From Eledone cirrhosa (lineage: Eukaryota), in NCBI GenBank assembly GCA_964016885.1, contig OZ024743.1:117924001-117988000 (forward strand): a DNA stretch of 64,000 nucleotides, written 5' to 3'. The position numbers were made by a program, and so were the translations under genes. The notes beneath the pieces are model-generated. The model worked only from the letters and a program-made list of their open reading frames with translations, did no database searches and was not told the origin of the DNA. Positions 1 to 13,142 of this stretch are shown here, in pieces (position 1 is the stretch's first letter; the number at the start of each line of letters is the position of its first letter).

Positions 1-1610
1 AGCAATAATAACAACAGCAATAACAACAATGAGCATAACAACAAAAACATCAACACCACCGCAAATGTGTCTTTTGCCAAAGCAGCCAAGAAATGCGAAA
101 CAATCGAGGTGACTCAGGAGGAATTAAATGAAGCCAAGAGAATGGTAAAGAAAGATGGGTACAGGGTCAGCTTCACCCCACACCTAATAAAATGGAGCAT
201 CGGCGCCTATGCACCGTGTCTTATCGGACGATAAACATAAAATCGCGCCGAGTGGAGCGGGCATCCGAGTCCCAAATCCAAAAACTTTGGGACATGTGTG
301 GGCAAAAAAACCCCACATCAGACGTGGGCAGAAATATGGAACCGTGGACGTGTTCTTTGAAACACCACAGGAGGCCAGAGAACACTCAATGGCCCCATTA
401 AGAAGTGATGACTTCACACTCGTCCGAAGCTCTTGTGGCCAGAGACTCGTGAAGATCAGGGTGACCCACGTTCCACCGGCCATCGAAATTCCCTGGCTAA
501 TAGCTGCCGTCCTCGGCGGCATCGAAACCAACACCAAGGTAATCGAAATAACGAAAGAAAAGCAGGAGAACTCGTCCGGATCTGGGATGGAGCTCCTGAT
601 CCAAGCGGACCAAAAAAGATTTGAGGAGATCCCAGAGGTAATAGACCTCACTGACGGCAGCCACCTCACGGTAATTGTCGAGGGCAGAAGGCCAATGTGT
701 GTCCTTTGTGGTGAAGGAACCCACCTAAGGGCTTTCTGCCCTCAGGCTAAAAGGTTGAGGCCACCTCTCTTAAACATCCCAGTGACTCAACCATCAACAC
801 AACCAGCAGCAGAGATTGCAGCAACAACTGTAGCAGCAACAACAGAAACAACTGTAACAGCAACAACCTCAGCAATAGTAGCAAAACCCACACAACCACC
901 ACCCAACGCGCCAGAATTAGCACCAGCGCCTACACCATCCACCACGCCACAACCAAAACCAACGCCTGTGGAGGATTTTCCACTCCCCGGCCTATCACAA
1001 CTGGAGACAGATTGTGACGACGAGGAATGGGAAACGGTATCAGGAAAAAAGAAAAAAGAAACCAAAAAAGAAAAAATTCTCTTCCCTCCCCCTCCAAAAA
1101 CAAAATACAGAGGGAAACAAGTAAACTATCAAACAAAAAAGTTAGGACAGATATGCCACCATCCACACCAGCATCACGAACGCCATCACCACAAACACCA
1201 ACACCTTCACCATCATTAACCCCAACACCACCATCACCAACACCACAAAAGTTACCAAAAAAGCGAAACAGAAACAAACCCAAAACAAGCGCAAACAAGA
1301 CCACCAAAACGATACACACTACACAGCATTAAATTTGAACAACAACCAATTATTATACTACATCCAACACAACACCAGCATCACAGAAAAAGACTACACA
1401 ACAACCCAAAAGTTCACACCACCTCCACACATACAAATCACTCGCATCACACAGAAAACGTACACGACACTAGAACAAAAATTCCCGAAAGACATCGGAG
1501 AATTCCGACAAGCACTCTCCAGGAGGATTTATAAGCACATCCTTCCGGAGGTGGCCACATGAATTGAAAAGGATGGATAAACCATCCTTCCTCTACGAGA
1601 AGTAAGGTAA
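1..1610 (+). pseudogene. ORF1 (gag-like nucleic-acid-binding protein), frameshifted
   Basis: ORF pieces 209-1219, 1027-1332, 1335-1562; zinc knuckle CVLCGEGTHLRAFC, P/T-rich linker, WETVSGKKKK motif. Confidence 0.8.
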
Positions 1611-1644
1611 GTGGTCTTTCCCATATTTTCCACTCCTTTTCAAC

Positions 1645-4600
1645 ATGACCTCACTCAGAATAGGCAGCATAAATGCGCGTGGCTTGGGTCGTCATGGAAG
1701 CAGGGCCACCTGCTCAACGACCTCAGGTCACTAAACATAGATGTAGTGGCCATCAGCGAGACCAGATTCTCCGAAGCACGGGCCTTCGCACCGATCTTCG
1801 GCGGCTACGATGTGTACGCATCTCCCAGCCGTCCTGGATCGGGAGGAGGGGAAGTTGCTGTGCTTTTTCGGAGAGGTTTGGATCTCGCCATACTGGCCAT
1901 CTTCCTGGACCCAGAGGGTAAGTTGGTGGTGCTGGACGTGACCAGCGGAGACGGGCAAGCTTTCAGGCTAGTGGCCGTCTATGCCCCGACAGGAGCAGGG
2001 CGGCCTGATTTCTTCCGGCGTCTGGAGACCTTTCTTGGAACGGCCCGATCTTCAGTGTTAGTGGGCGACTGGAACGTGATCTTAGATGCACGCTAGGACT
2101 GTGTGGGATTAGCGGATAGGGGAGGAGGGTGCAAGAGCCTCGCCAACCTGCTCAGGCGTTTTGAACTGACTGACAGATACCGATTGGATTTCCCGAATAT
2201 GCCAATGTGGACTTCGACAAATCGCATAGGGTCATCCAGATCATATCTAGATAGAGTATTTTGTAGGGAAATAGATGGGTCTAGCATAGGCTGTCCGCAA
2301 TTTAAAATAGTCAGCTACACGGACCACAAATTCGTGATCTGTGTGCTTGACTTAGATAGGCTTTATAGACGAGGACCCGGCTACTGGAAGCTAAACGCGT
2401 TCTTACCAGTGCGCAAGGCCTACAGAGACCGGATTAGTGAACTAGTTAAGCGGGCGTTGACGGGGGCCATTGTCAACAACAAGTGGTGGTTTGCTCTGAA
2501 AAGAGTAATTAGAATAGAGTCCATTAGATTTAGTAAGGCTTTAGCAATAGAGAAAAATAGAGAAGAGGGAGGACTAGTTAGAAAATTAGACGAGGCGCTT
2601 AGTAAAGGCATCGCCACCGACGTACTTGCGGCGAAATTGGCCCTCGACCAATTTTTCAATGCAAAGCACGAAGGCTGCGTTGTCAGAGCAATTGTGCGTG
2701 CTCTCAGACACGAGGGGACGAAAGCCGTACATTGGGCCCGAGTGGCAGAGGCGCGTCGTGGCAATAAAGCCATGATCCTGTCTTTGGTGGACCACGACAG
2801 GCGCATGCTACTCGATCCCGGGAAAATGTGTGAAGCTTTCCAGCGGCACCTCGCTCAGCTGTTCGGGGGCAGCGGTGGGCCGGATCGAGGGATGGACTTT
2901 AGTGTCTACCTCGACGGACTGCCGCGGCTCTCGGCCACTGAGGCGAAGTGTTGCAAAAAGCCGATAACAGCCGCTGAAGTAAGGGAGGCAATGACTGGCT
3001 GCGCAAGGGGTAAATCGCCTGGTTTGGATGGTCTGCCCTATGAACTTTACGTACAGATGCCAGACTTGTTCGGAGGCCTCTTGGCGGACGTCTACTGCAA
3101 CTGGCAACAGAACGGGAGAATTCCCAGTTCTGTGAGCCGAGGAGCGGTGGCACTGCTGAGAAAGGATCCGAACAAGGGGGATAACATAGATCATTTCCGG
3201 CCCATAACTCTGCTAAACACAGAGTTCAAGATTTTGGCCAAGGTGCTAGCAAAGAGGTTGGCGCTTGTCGTTGGTGGTCTGGTGGGAGAGGCGCAGACAT
3301 GCGCCATTCCCGACAGATCCATCCACGACAACCTCCACCTCATGCGATACATCGTAGAGAGGGTAGCTAGGGAACCTGGCACTGGTGGGTCCTTGATCAA
3401 TTTAGATCAGTCGAAAGCTTTCGATAGGGTCGACCATCGTTAGCTAGCGGTAGTCCTGGGGACGGCTGGCTTTGGGCCCGTCTTCAGAGGCTGGATCGCT
3501 GCCATGCACAGCGACATCTGCTCTGTGGTGAGAGTGAACGGTCACCTGTCGGAACCGTTCAACATCATGCGCTCGGTCCGACAAGGATGTCCCCTCTCGT
3601 CCCTCTTGTACGTATTGACTCTCGAGCCATTACTGCACAAACTGGAGACGTTGAGAGCGTCCCGCGCGAACTAGGATGCGGAAGATCCGTTTCAGCATAT
3701 GCGGACGATGTCACCGTAGTGGTGTCGAATGCCAAACACATCGAGGCGATCGGTACTTCACTAAGAGAATACGAAGCGGTGACAGGAGCAATGATCAACC
3801 AGGAAAAGTCAGTGGGCCTGCAGCTCGGCACCTGGAGAGGCAGGTCCATGCCGTCCAACAGCGTCGTCGGGCGCTGGACGGACGGACCGGTTAAATTGCT
3901 AGAGGTCTGGTTTGGTCCGGACCTCCAGACGGACAAAAACTGGGACGAGGTGACGAGCAGGGTGGCTTCTCTCATCCAGAAATGGGCGGAGAGGAAGCTA
4001 TCCCTGAAAGGTCGAGCGGAGGTGGCTAACGCGTACATCGCGTCCGTCATCTGCTACCGCCTGACCGTCGTACCTTGTCCTAAGCCTCGCCTAACTGCGC
4101 TGGAGCGTTTGCTCTTTCGTTTTTTGTGGAAGGGACGCGCTCCGATGGTCAGGCGGTCCATCTGTTGTCAACACCCGCTACGTGGAGGGCTGGGCATGCC
4201 GTGGCTGATGATGCGCAGGCACGCGCTCAGGCTACGACATCTCTACCTCTTCCTCGACGGTGATCAGGTGTGGTCGCCCTTTGCTAGACACGTATTTCCC
4301 CAGCTCGTTTCCTTCACGGAGCTACAGTCCTGGGTCAAGCGAAGACCGAGAGGGAGCGCCTGGAGACTGGAATGTCTTCAGGCGTTCACAGCCCTCGACC
4401 AATCGGGCAATGTGATCGGTGGAAACTCCACCTCGGCGTTCTATAGAGGATTAGTGGAGGGGAAGAGCGACGACGTACTTGGGGAAACTCTAGGCGTCGA
4501 CGAAAATCAACTAGCCAATCTCTTCGGAAGAACTTTCGGGCCAGGGCCTATGGACAACTTCCAGAAATCTCTGGCCTGCCAGTGCTACCGAGGAGCCTTG

Positions 4601-5065
4601 CCAGTTCGGGATAAACTCTACAGGCATGGAGGTGCCGTCAGCCGGGCATGTCCGAGATGCGCGCAGGGCGATGAAACCCTCCTGCACGCACTCGTCCAGT
4701 GTCCGAAAATTGCTGACTTGTGGGTTTATGTCGAACACCTGCTGTCGCTTGTAGGACGGAGCCGGCTATCATCTGACTCCATCGTGAGCATTGCCCCGCC
4801 CTCCTCCTTTAGCCGGGAAGGGCAGGCAGTTTTTATCTGTCTGGTGGCCATGGCGAAAGAGGTAGTATGCTGGACATGTTTGAAAGGGCTGAAGACGAGC
4901 ACTTACGTCTTCGGTGATGCTCTGATTGACTTTTTCAAATTTGATTTGAAAAGGAAAATCAGAGTAGAGAGGGAAGTGCTCTCTTCCCAGCATTTTGTTG
5001 AAAGATGGGTTAGAGAAGCAAGTATGGCCCGAGTGAATGGGCCTACTCTGAGTATATATCTGTAA
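1645..5065 (+). pseudogene. ORF2 (AP endonuclease + reverse transcriptase + C-terminal Zn motif), disrupted
   Basis: APE motifs ISET, VYAP, GDWN, YLDR, TDH; RT motifs KSPGLDG, FRPITLLN, KAFDRV, YADD; CPRC..H...C. Frameshifts near 1686 and 3655, stops at 2094 and 3441. Confidence 0.92.
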
Positions 5066-5313
5066 ATTAAAGGTGGAAAACTGGGAGAGGGCACTTGCCT
5101 TGGTGGTCAGGGTCACTGTGGCCTTTTACTGGGCTTTCTCCACAAATGTCCCTCCGAAGTTTCCCCCTATTGGGGAATTTTTTATTGTTATTCTTTTGTT
5201 ACATCCTCCGTTTTTGTTTTTTACACCCAGAAATGCCCATTTGTACCGTGCTGTATTGTCCTGCACTGTCTTAAATGTCTACTTTATGTAAACCCTTGTG
5301 GTTAATAAAGAAA

Positions 5314-5363
<50 letters not shown>

Positions 5364-5561
5364 GGCGACCTACGTAGTAAATCGTATCATCGTGAGCTCC
5401 GCAAAGGTTTGTTATTTCCGTTTGTCATTTATGGAAAATTTTATTGTTAACTGTTTATAAGCACACATACATTGTTTTCCGAAAAGGACACCCAAAAAGA
5501 TTGGGGCCTTGTGCCCAAAATTCTAACTTTTATTATTATCAAAAAATTTCTTTGAAAAAAA

Positions 5562-7569
5562 ATGGCTAATTCACCTCTGCACCAAGCAGCTGAAAGCCTT
5601 CCTCACAAATTAACACCTCACACCGACACCACCATTGTAAATGTTACTACGTTTGCCAACACTACTAAAAATGTAAGCAGTAGCAATATTTTAAATTTGT
5701 CTCAGGCAGACATTCATTTCCCGCCATTACCAATGACTGCAGGTGTTAAAGCCTCCACCACCACCACCACCACCGCGACAACCACCACCCCCAACACCTC
5801 TGCGACAACATAAGCAAAAGAAGAAAAAAATAAATTAACTCGTGACGTCGAAATGAAATCAAGCAAAATGGACTCTTCCCCACCAAAGACGACTGACGTC
5901 ACCACCACCACAACTGAAACTAAAATTAATATTAACACAAATAACGATAGCAACAACAACAACAATGACATTATAAAAACGACCCTCAGTTTTGCCAGAG
6001 TAGCAAAACAGTTCGAAGCATTTACGGTAACTCAGGAGGATTTAGAAAATGCCAAACAAATGGTAAAGAAAGATGGGTACAGGGTCAGCCTCACCTCACC
6101 CCCCCCCCCCTCCCCACCTAAGAAAATGGAGCATCGGCGCCTATGCACCGTGTCGTATCGGACAATAAATGTAAAATCGCGCCGAGTGGAACGGGCACCC
6201 GAGTCCCAAATCCAAAAAGCTTTGGGTCATGTGTGGGCAAGAAAAACCCACATTCAGACGTGGGCAGAAATATGGAACCTTAGACGTGTTCTTTGAAACA
6301 CCAGAGGAGGCTAGAGAACACTCCATGGCCCCATTAAGAAGTGGCGACTTCACACTCGTCCCAAGCTATTGTGGCCAGAGACTCGTAAAGATCAGGGTGA
6401 CCCACGTTCCACCGGCCATCGAAATTCCCTGGCTAATAGCGGCCGTCCTCGCTGGCATCGAAGCCAACACAAAAATAATAGCAATAGCAAATGAAAAGCA
6501 GAACTGGTCTGGATCTGGGATGGAGCTCCTGATCCAAGCGGACCAAAAAAGCATTGAGGAGATCCCAGAGGTAATAGACCTCACTGACGGCAGCCACCTC
6601 ACGGTAATTGTCGAGGGCAGAAGACCTAGGTGTGTCGTTTGTGGTCAAGGAACCCACCTAAGGGCTTTCTGCCCTCAGGCTAAAAGGTTGAGGCCACCTC
6701 TCCTACCCACCCCAGTGACACAACCATCAACACCACCAGTAGCAGAGATGGCAGCAACAACTGTAGCAGCAACAACAGAAGCAACTATAACAGCAACAAC
6801 CCCAGCAACAGTATCAAAACCAACACCACCACCAAGACCAGCAAAACCAACATTCACCACCCAACGCTTCAGAACTAGCACCAGCGCCTACACCATCCAC
6901 CACGCCACAACCAAAACTAACGCCTGTGGAGGATTTTCCACTCCCCGGCCTATCACAACTGGAGACAGATTGTGACGACGAGGAGTGGGAAACGATATCC
7001 GGAAAAAAAAAGAAACCAAAAAGAAAAAAATTCTCTTCCTTCCCCCTCCAAAAACAAAATACAGAGGGAAACAAATAAACTAAGAAACAAAAAAGTTAGG
7101 ACAGATATGTCACCATCCACAACAGCATCACCAACCCCATCAACCCAAACACCAACACCATAACCATCATTAGCCCCAACACCACCATCACCTACACCAC
7201 AAAAGTCACCAAAATGCGAAACAGAAACAAACCCACAACAAACGCAAACAAAACAAAACACCCAAAACGATACACACTACACAGCATTAAATTTGAACAA
7301 CAAGCAATTATTACACTACATCCAACACAACACCAGCATCACAGAAAAAGACTACACAACAACCCCAAAATTCACACCACCTCCACACATACAAATCACT
7401 CGCATCACACAGAAAACGTACATGACACTAAAAAAAAAAATTCCCCAAAGACATCGGAGACTTCCGACAGGCACTCTCCATGAGGATTTATAAGGACACC
7501 CTTCCTGAGGGGGCCACAAGCAGTGAAAAGGATGGAAAAACCGTCCTTCCCCTACGAGAAGTAAGGTAA
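5562..7569 (+). pseudogene. ORF1 (gag-like) of copy 2, disrupted
   Basis: MANSPLH start, stop at 5811-5813, pieces 5853-6296 and 6229-6975 (CVVCGQGTHLRAFC), later frameshifts. Confidence 0.78.
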
Positions 7570-7603
7570 GTGGTCTTTCCCATCTTTTCCACTCCTTTTC
7601 AAC

Positions 7604-10600
7604 ATGACCTCACTCAGAATAGGCAGCATAAATGCGCGTGGCTTGGGGTCGTCATGGAAGCAGGGCCGCCTGCTCAACGACCTCAGGTCACTAAACATAG
7701 ATGTAGTGGCCATCAGCGAGACCAGAATCTCCGAAGCACAGGCTTTCGCACCGATCTTCGGCGGCTACGATGTGTACGCATCTCCCAGCCGTCCGGGATC
7801 GGGGGGAGGAGTTGCTGTGCTTTTTCGGAGAGGTTTGGATCTTGCCATACGGGCCATCTTCCTGGACCCAGAAGGTAAGTTGGTAGTGCTGGACGTAGCC
7901 AGCTGAGACGGGCAAGCTTTCAGGCTAGTGGCCGTCTATGCCCCGACAGGAGCAGGGCGGCCTGATTTCTTCCGGCGTCTGGAGACCTTTCTTGCAACGC
8001 CCCGCTCTTTAGTGTTAGTGGGCGACTGGAACGGGATCTTCGATGCACGCTGGGACTGTGTGGGATTAGCGGATAGGGGTGGAGGGTGCAAGAGCCTCAC
8101 CAACCTGCTCAGGAGTTTTGAACTGTCTGACAGGTACCGATTGGATTTCCCGAATGTGCCAATGTGGACTTCGACAAATCGCATAGCGTCATCCAGATCA
8201 TATCTAGATAGAGTATTTTGTAGGGAAATAGATAGGTCTAGCATAGGCTGTCCACAATTCAAGATAGTCAGCTACACGGACCACAAATTCGTGATCTGTG
8301 TGCTTGACTTAGATAGGCTTCATAGACGAGGACCCGGCTACTGGAAGCTAAACGCGTCCTTACCAGCGCGCAAGGCCTACAGAGACCGGATTAGCGAACT
8401 AGTTAAGCGGGCGTTGACGGGGGCCATCGTCAACAACAAGTGGTGGTTTGCTCTGAAAAGAGTAATTAGAATAGAGTCCATTAGGTTTAGTAAGACTTTA
8501 GCAATAGAGAAAAATAGAGCAGAGGAAGAATTAGTTAGAAAATTAGATGAGGCGCTTAGCAAAGGCATCGCGACCGACGTACTTGCGGCGTAATTGGCCC
8601 TTGACCAATTCTTCAATGCAAAGCACGAAGGCTGCGTTGTCAGAGCTAGGGTGCGTGCTCTCAGACACGAGGGGACGAAAGCCGTTCAATGGGCCCGAGT
8701 GGCGGAGGCGCGTCGTGGCAACAAAGCCACGATCCGGTCTTTGGTGACCACGACGGGCGCATGCTACTCGATCCCGGGCAAATGTGTGAAGCTTTTCAGC
8801 GACACTTCGCTCAACTGTTCGGGGGCAGTGGCGGGCCGGATCGAGGGATGTACTTTAGTGTCTACCTCGACGGACTGCCGCGGCTTTCGGCCACTGAGGC
8901 GGAGTGTTGCGAAAAGCCGATAACAACCGCTGAAGTACGGGATGCAATGACTAGTTGCACAAGGGGTAAATCGCCTGGTTTGGATGGTCTTCCCTATGAA
9001 CTTTACGAACAAATGCCAAACTTGTTCGGAGGCCTCTTGGCGGACGTCTACTGCAACTGGCAACAGAACGGGAGAATTCCCAGCTCTGTGAGCCGAGGAG
9101 CGGTGACGCTGCTGAGAAAGGATCCGAACAAGAGGGATAACATAGATAATTTTAGGCCCATAACTCTGCTAAACACAGAGTTCAAGATTTTGCCCAAGGT
9201 GCTAGCAAAGAGGTTGGCGCTTGTCGTTGGTGGTCTGGTGGGAGAGGCACAGACATGCGCCATTCCCGACAGATCCATCCACGACAACCTCCACCTCATG
9301 CGATACATCGTAGAGAGGGTAGCTAGGGAACCTGGCACGGGTGGGTCTTTGATCAATTTAGATCAGTCGAAAGCCTTCGATAGGGTCGACCATCGTTACC
9401 TAGCGGCAGTCCTGAGGGCGGCTGGCTTTGGGCCCGTCTTCAGAGGCTGGATCGCTGCCATGCACAGCAACATCTGCTCTGTAGTGAGAGTGAACGGTCA
9501 CCTTTCGGAACCGTTCAACATCATGCGCTCGGTCCGCCAAGGATGTCCCCTCTCGTCCCTATTGTACGTATTGACTCTCGAGCCATTACTGCACAAATTG
9601 GAGACGTTGAGGGGGGTCCCGCGCGAACTAGGATGCGGAAGATCCGTGTCAGCATATGCCGACGATGTCACCGTAGTGGTGTCGAACGCCAAACACATCG
9701 AGGCGATCGGCACTACACTAAGAGAATACGAAGCGGTGACAGGAGCAATGATCAACCAGGAAAAGTCAGTGGGCCTGCAGCTCGGCACCTGGAGAGGCAG
9801 GTCCATGCCGTCCAACAGCGTCGTCGGGCGCTGGACAGACGGACCGGTTAAATTGCTAGGGGTCTGGTTCGATCCAGACCTCCAGACGGACAAAAACTGG
9901 GACAAGGTGACGAGCAGGGTGGCTTCTCTTACCGAGAAATGGGCCGAGAGGAAGCTATCCCTGAAAGGTCGAGCGGAGGTGGCGAATGCGTACATCGCAT
10001 CCGTCATCTACTACCGCCTGACCGTCGTACCTTGTCCTAAACCCCGCCTGACTGCGCTGGAGCGTTTGCTCTTTCGCTTCTTGTGGAAGGGACGCGCTCC
10101 GATGGTCAGGCGGTCCATCTGCTGTCAACACCCGCTACGTGGAGGGCTGGGCATGCCGTGGCTGATGATGCGCAGACACGCGCTCAGGCTACGGCATCTC
10201 CACCTCTTCCTCGACGGTGATCAGGTGTGGTCGCCGTTTGCAAGACGCGTTTTTCCCCAGCTCGTCTCCTTGACGGAGCTGCAGTCCTGGGTCAAGCGAA
10301 GACCGAGAGGGAGCGCTTGGAGACTGGAATGTCTTCAGGCGCTCACAGCCCTCGACCAATCGGGCAATGTGATCGGTGGAAACTCCACCTTGGCGTTCTA
10401 TAGGGGATTAGTGGAGGGGAAGAGCGACGACGTACTTGGAGAAACTCTAGGCGTCGACGAAAATCAACTAGCCAATCTCTTCGGAAGGACTTTCGGGCCG
10501 GGGCCTATGGACAACTTCCAGAAATCCCTGGCCTGGCAGTGCTACCGAGGAGCTTTGCCAGTTCGGGATAAACTCTACAGGCATGGAGGTGCCGTCAGCC

Positions 10601-11023
10601 GGGCATGTCCGAGATGCGCGCAGGGCGACGAAACCGTCCTGCACGCACTCGTCCAGTGTCCGAGCATTGCTGACTTGTGGGTTTATGTCGAACACCTGCT
10701 GTCACGTGTAGGACGGATCCAGCTATCAGCTGAGTCCATCGTGAGGATTGCCCCGCCCCCTTCCTTTAGCCTGGAAGGGCAGGCAGTTTTTATCTGTCTG
10801 GTGGCCATGGCGAAAGAGATAGTATGGTGGACACGTTTGAAAGGGCTGAAGACGAGCACTTACCTCTTCGGTGATGCCCTGATTAACTTCTTTCAAATTT
10901 CATTTGAAAAGGAAAATCAGGGTAGAGAGGGAAGTGCTCTCTTCCCAGCATTTTGTTGAAAGATGGGTGAGAGAAGCAAGTATGGCCCGAATGAATGGGC
11001 CTACTCTGAGTATGTGTCTGTAA
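7604..11023 (+). pseudogene. ORF2 (APE-RT-Zn) of copy 2, disrupted
   Basis: MTSLRIGSINARGL start; VRQGCPLS, YADD; stops at 7904 and 8591, frameshifts near 8745 and 10897. Confidence 0.92.
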
Positions 11024-11265
11024 ATTAAAGGTGGAAAACTGGGCGAGGGCACTTGCCCTGGTGGTCAGGGCCACTGTGGTCTTTTAATGGGCTTTCTCCA
11101 CAAATGTCCCTTGGAAGTCTCCCCCCTATTGGGGAATTTTTCTTTGTTATTTTATTTCAACCTCTGTTTTTTTACACGCAGAAATGCCCATTTGTACCGT
11201 CCTGTATTGTCCTGTACTGTCCTTAATGTCTACTTTATGTGAACCCTTGTGGTTAATAAAGAAAA

Positions 11266-11311
<46 letters not shown>

Positions 11312-11339
11312 GGTGTTGTTATTATTGACAGTCGATCGA

Positions 11340-11500
11340 CTTTCGTCAATCGGAGCGAGGAAACTATGTTTCCGTTGGTCTTTCAAATTAGAAGGAGCAA
11401 CATCTTGCTCAAGGACATAACGCATCACCCGGTCCAGGAATCGAACTCATAACCTCACGATTGCGAATCCTATTATCTAACCTCCAGCCAAGTGCCTTCG
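11340..11500 (-). mobile_element. Degenerate SINE of a second family (tRNA-like head)
   Basis: Shares tcttgctcaagga...cccggtcc...aatcgaactca with 31535-31745 and 34085-34330; the reverse complement has a GTTCGA B-box. Confidence 0.5.
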
Positions 11501-11513
11501 CAGTATTTATATA

Positions 11514-11640
11514 CTTTATTATCGCCAAGATGCATGTCTTCTTGCTGTGAGTACTCACAGAATCGTCATTGTTGTATGATCCTGTGAGTACACAGGTGAA
11601 ACTATAGAATTATAAGACTCACGACTTAGCGATAATAAAG
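11514..11640. repeat. Imperfect fold-back with degenerate hammerhead remnants
   Basis: Ends ctttattatcgc / gcgataataaag; right arm CCTGTG-agta-CACAGG-t-GAAACTATAG; left arm holds the inverse stem and an ATGACGA core remnant. Confidence 0.55.
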
Positions 11641-11937
11641 AATATTTAAACTCCACTTCGGTATCGAGTACTCTTTCTAACATCCGTTAATAACAAACGT
11701 GTATATATATATATATATATATAAATTAAAATGAAGAATTAGAAATAGAAGCTAGGACTATCCATCATCAGTGGTATACTAGCCATCATATGTATTTCTT
11801 CGCATTAGGATATAATTATCGTAGGAGAAGAGGAAATAGAGTGATACAGAGTAGTGCGATACAGATTCCTAAATGCTAATAGCCAAAGCGGAGTGTGCTC
11901 AAAGCTTGGTTAGCAGAGTTAAATATTGGAGAAGATA

Positions 11938-12117
11938 TAATTGTTTCTACTTTTGGCACAAGGCCAGCAATTATCCAGTACATTACTGGTACTTTATTTT
12001 ATCGGCCTCGTAAGGATGAAAGGCTAAGTTAACCTCGGCGGGATTTGAACACAGAATGGCAAGGGCCGTAACTCTATGCGTCAAAGCATGGCGTCCGACC
12101 TTCTACCGACACTGCCA
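11938..12117 (-). mobile_element. tRNA-derived SINE (Meta/MESC-like core), short variant
   Basis: Reverse complement of the family consensus TGGCAGTATCGGTAGA..GTTCAAATCCCGCCGAGG..CCTTTCATCCTTACGGGGTCGATAAAATAAAGTACC..GCTGGCCTTGTGCC..GTAGAAACAAT. Confidence 0.85.
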
Positions 12118-12154
12118 GAAGATATATTTAGCAGTTTGTTCAAGCAGAGCAGGA

Positions 12155-12310
12155 ATAAGCAAATGAATGAATGAAGGAGTTACAAGCCGTTAAAATTATT
12201 ATTTATAAACAATCATTTCTCTGAGGATCTCGTGTGGGCGAAACATTATGTAAGATTTATATAAAGAACTTGTTTTAACGGCTTGTAACTTCTTCATTCA
12301 TTCATTTGCT

Positions 12311-12313
<3 letters not shown>
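12155..12313. repeat. Fold-back element (~41 bp arms) enclosing a hammerhead motif, followed by (TA)n
   Basis: ataagcaaatgaatgaatgaaggagttacaagccgttaaaa (12155-12195) is inverted at 12273-12313 with one mismatch. Confidence 0.85.
12218..12255 (+). ncRNA. Candidate minimal type I hammerhead ribozyme
   Basis: tct-CTGAGGA-tCTCgtgtGGGc-GAAA-CATtATG-TA-aga: complete core, near-palindromic stem III, GUA site, short stem I. Confidence 0.6.
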
Positions 12314-12393
<80 letters not shown>

Positions 12394-13038
12394 GTATACT
12401 ATATATAAATACACAATCACGCACAAATATGCACACACGCACGCACGCGCACACGCACGACGCACGCATATAAGTATATATCCATATATAAATATATTTC
12501 TATTTCAATTGGTGTTTAGTTGGGAGCATAACAACAATAAAAGCAACAATACTTAGTTTTATGCTTCAGGTTTCTCAGTACAAATTCTAAGTAATAGTTC
12601 TGAAATTTCTCATGCAACAGTTCTCCACAGAAAAAAATCTGTGTTAACAATGATGTAATAAAATGTTCAGGTGATCGATTCGCTCAACTATATCGCTTCC
12701 CTACAACATATACATACTAGCAAGAGTGTTGAATGATGTATACATAAATATAGAAGAGTCTTAACATTTCGGACTCTAGGCTTCTTTTGAAGCTAGAATG
12801 ATTAATATAAGATGATATAGAAAGATTAAAGAGTGCGAATAGGAGGGAACCGGAAAATTTGTGAGTAAAAGATACGCACAGTGAGCCATTTTGGAGAGAG
12901 GCCGGGCATTTGGTACACACACACACACACACACATACACACATATATATATATAGGAGGTGAGTTTTATTGTAGCACAATAAAGCAATGCACATATCGG
13001 ATTAGTAGCACTCTACAGTTTGTAGGATTGGAGTATAA

Positions 13039-13142
13039 ATAATATAAGATCAAAAGATGGTTAAAAGAGTTCCAAGTATTTTATGAAATGCGCATAATAA
13101 AATGCTTGGAACTCTTTTAACCATCTTTTGATCTTATATTAT
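13039..13142. repeat. Near-perfect hairpin whose loop is a hammerhead 3' half
   Basis: ~46 bp arms; loop GAAATGCGCATA (13085-13096); (TA)n follows. Confidence 0.8.

Larger units (their letters stand above)
1..5363 (+). mobile_element. Tx1/L1-clade non-LTR retrotransposon, copy 1 (5' end outside window)
   Basis: ORF1 with CCHC knuckle, ORF2 with APE+RT+Zn motif, 3' UTR with AATAAA at ~5304 and (TTA)n tail 5316-5363; collinear with copy 2. Confidence 0.93.
5364..11310 (+). mobile_element. Tx1/L1-clade non-LTR retrotransposon, copy 2 (apparently full length, ~5.9 kb)
   Basis: Starts GGCGACCTACG directly after the copy 1 tail; ~200 nt 5' UTR, ORF1, ORF2, AATAAA ~11254, (TTA)n tail to ~11310. 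Confidence 0.93.

Noticed and set aside
184-5116. Antisense ORFs over the Tx1 elements
   Set aside because: Shadow frames of GC-rich coding sequence with no recognisable motifs.
5500-5527. ggccttgtgcccaaaa in the Tx1 5' UTR resembles the SINE 3' tail
   Set aside because: Only ~13 nt and at the wrong end of the LINE for a SINE-LINE tail partnership; may be chance.
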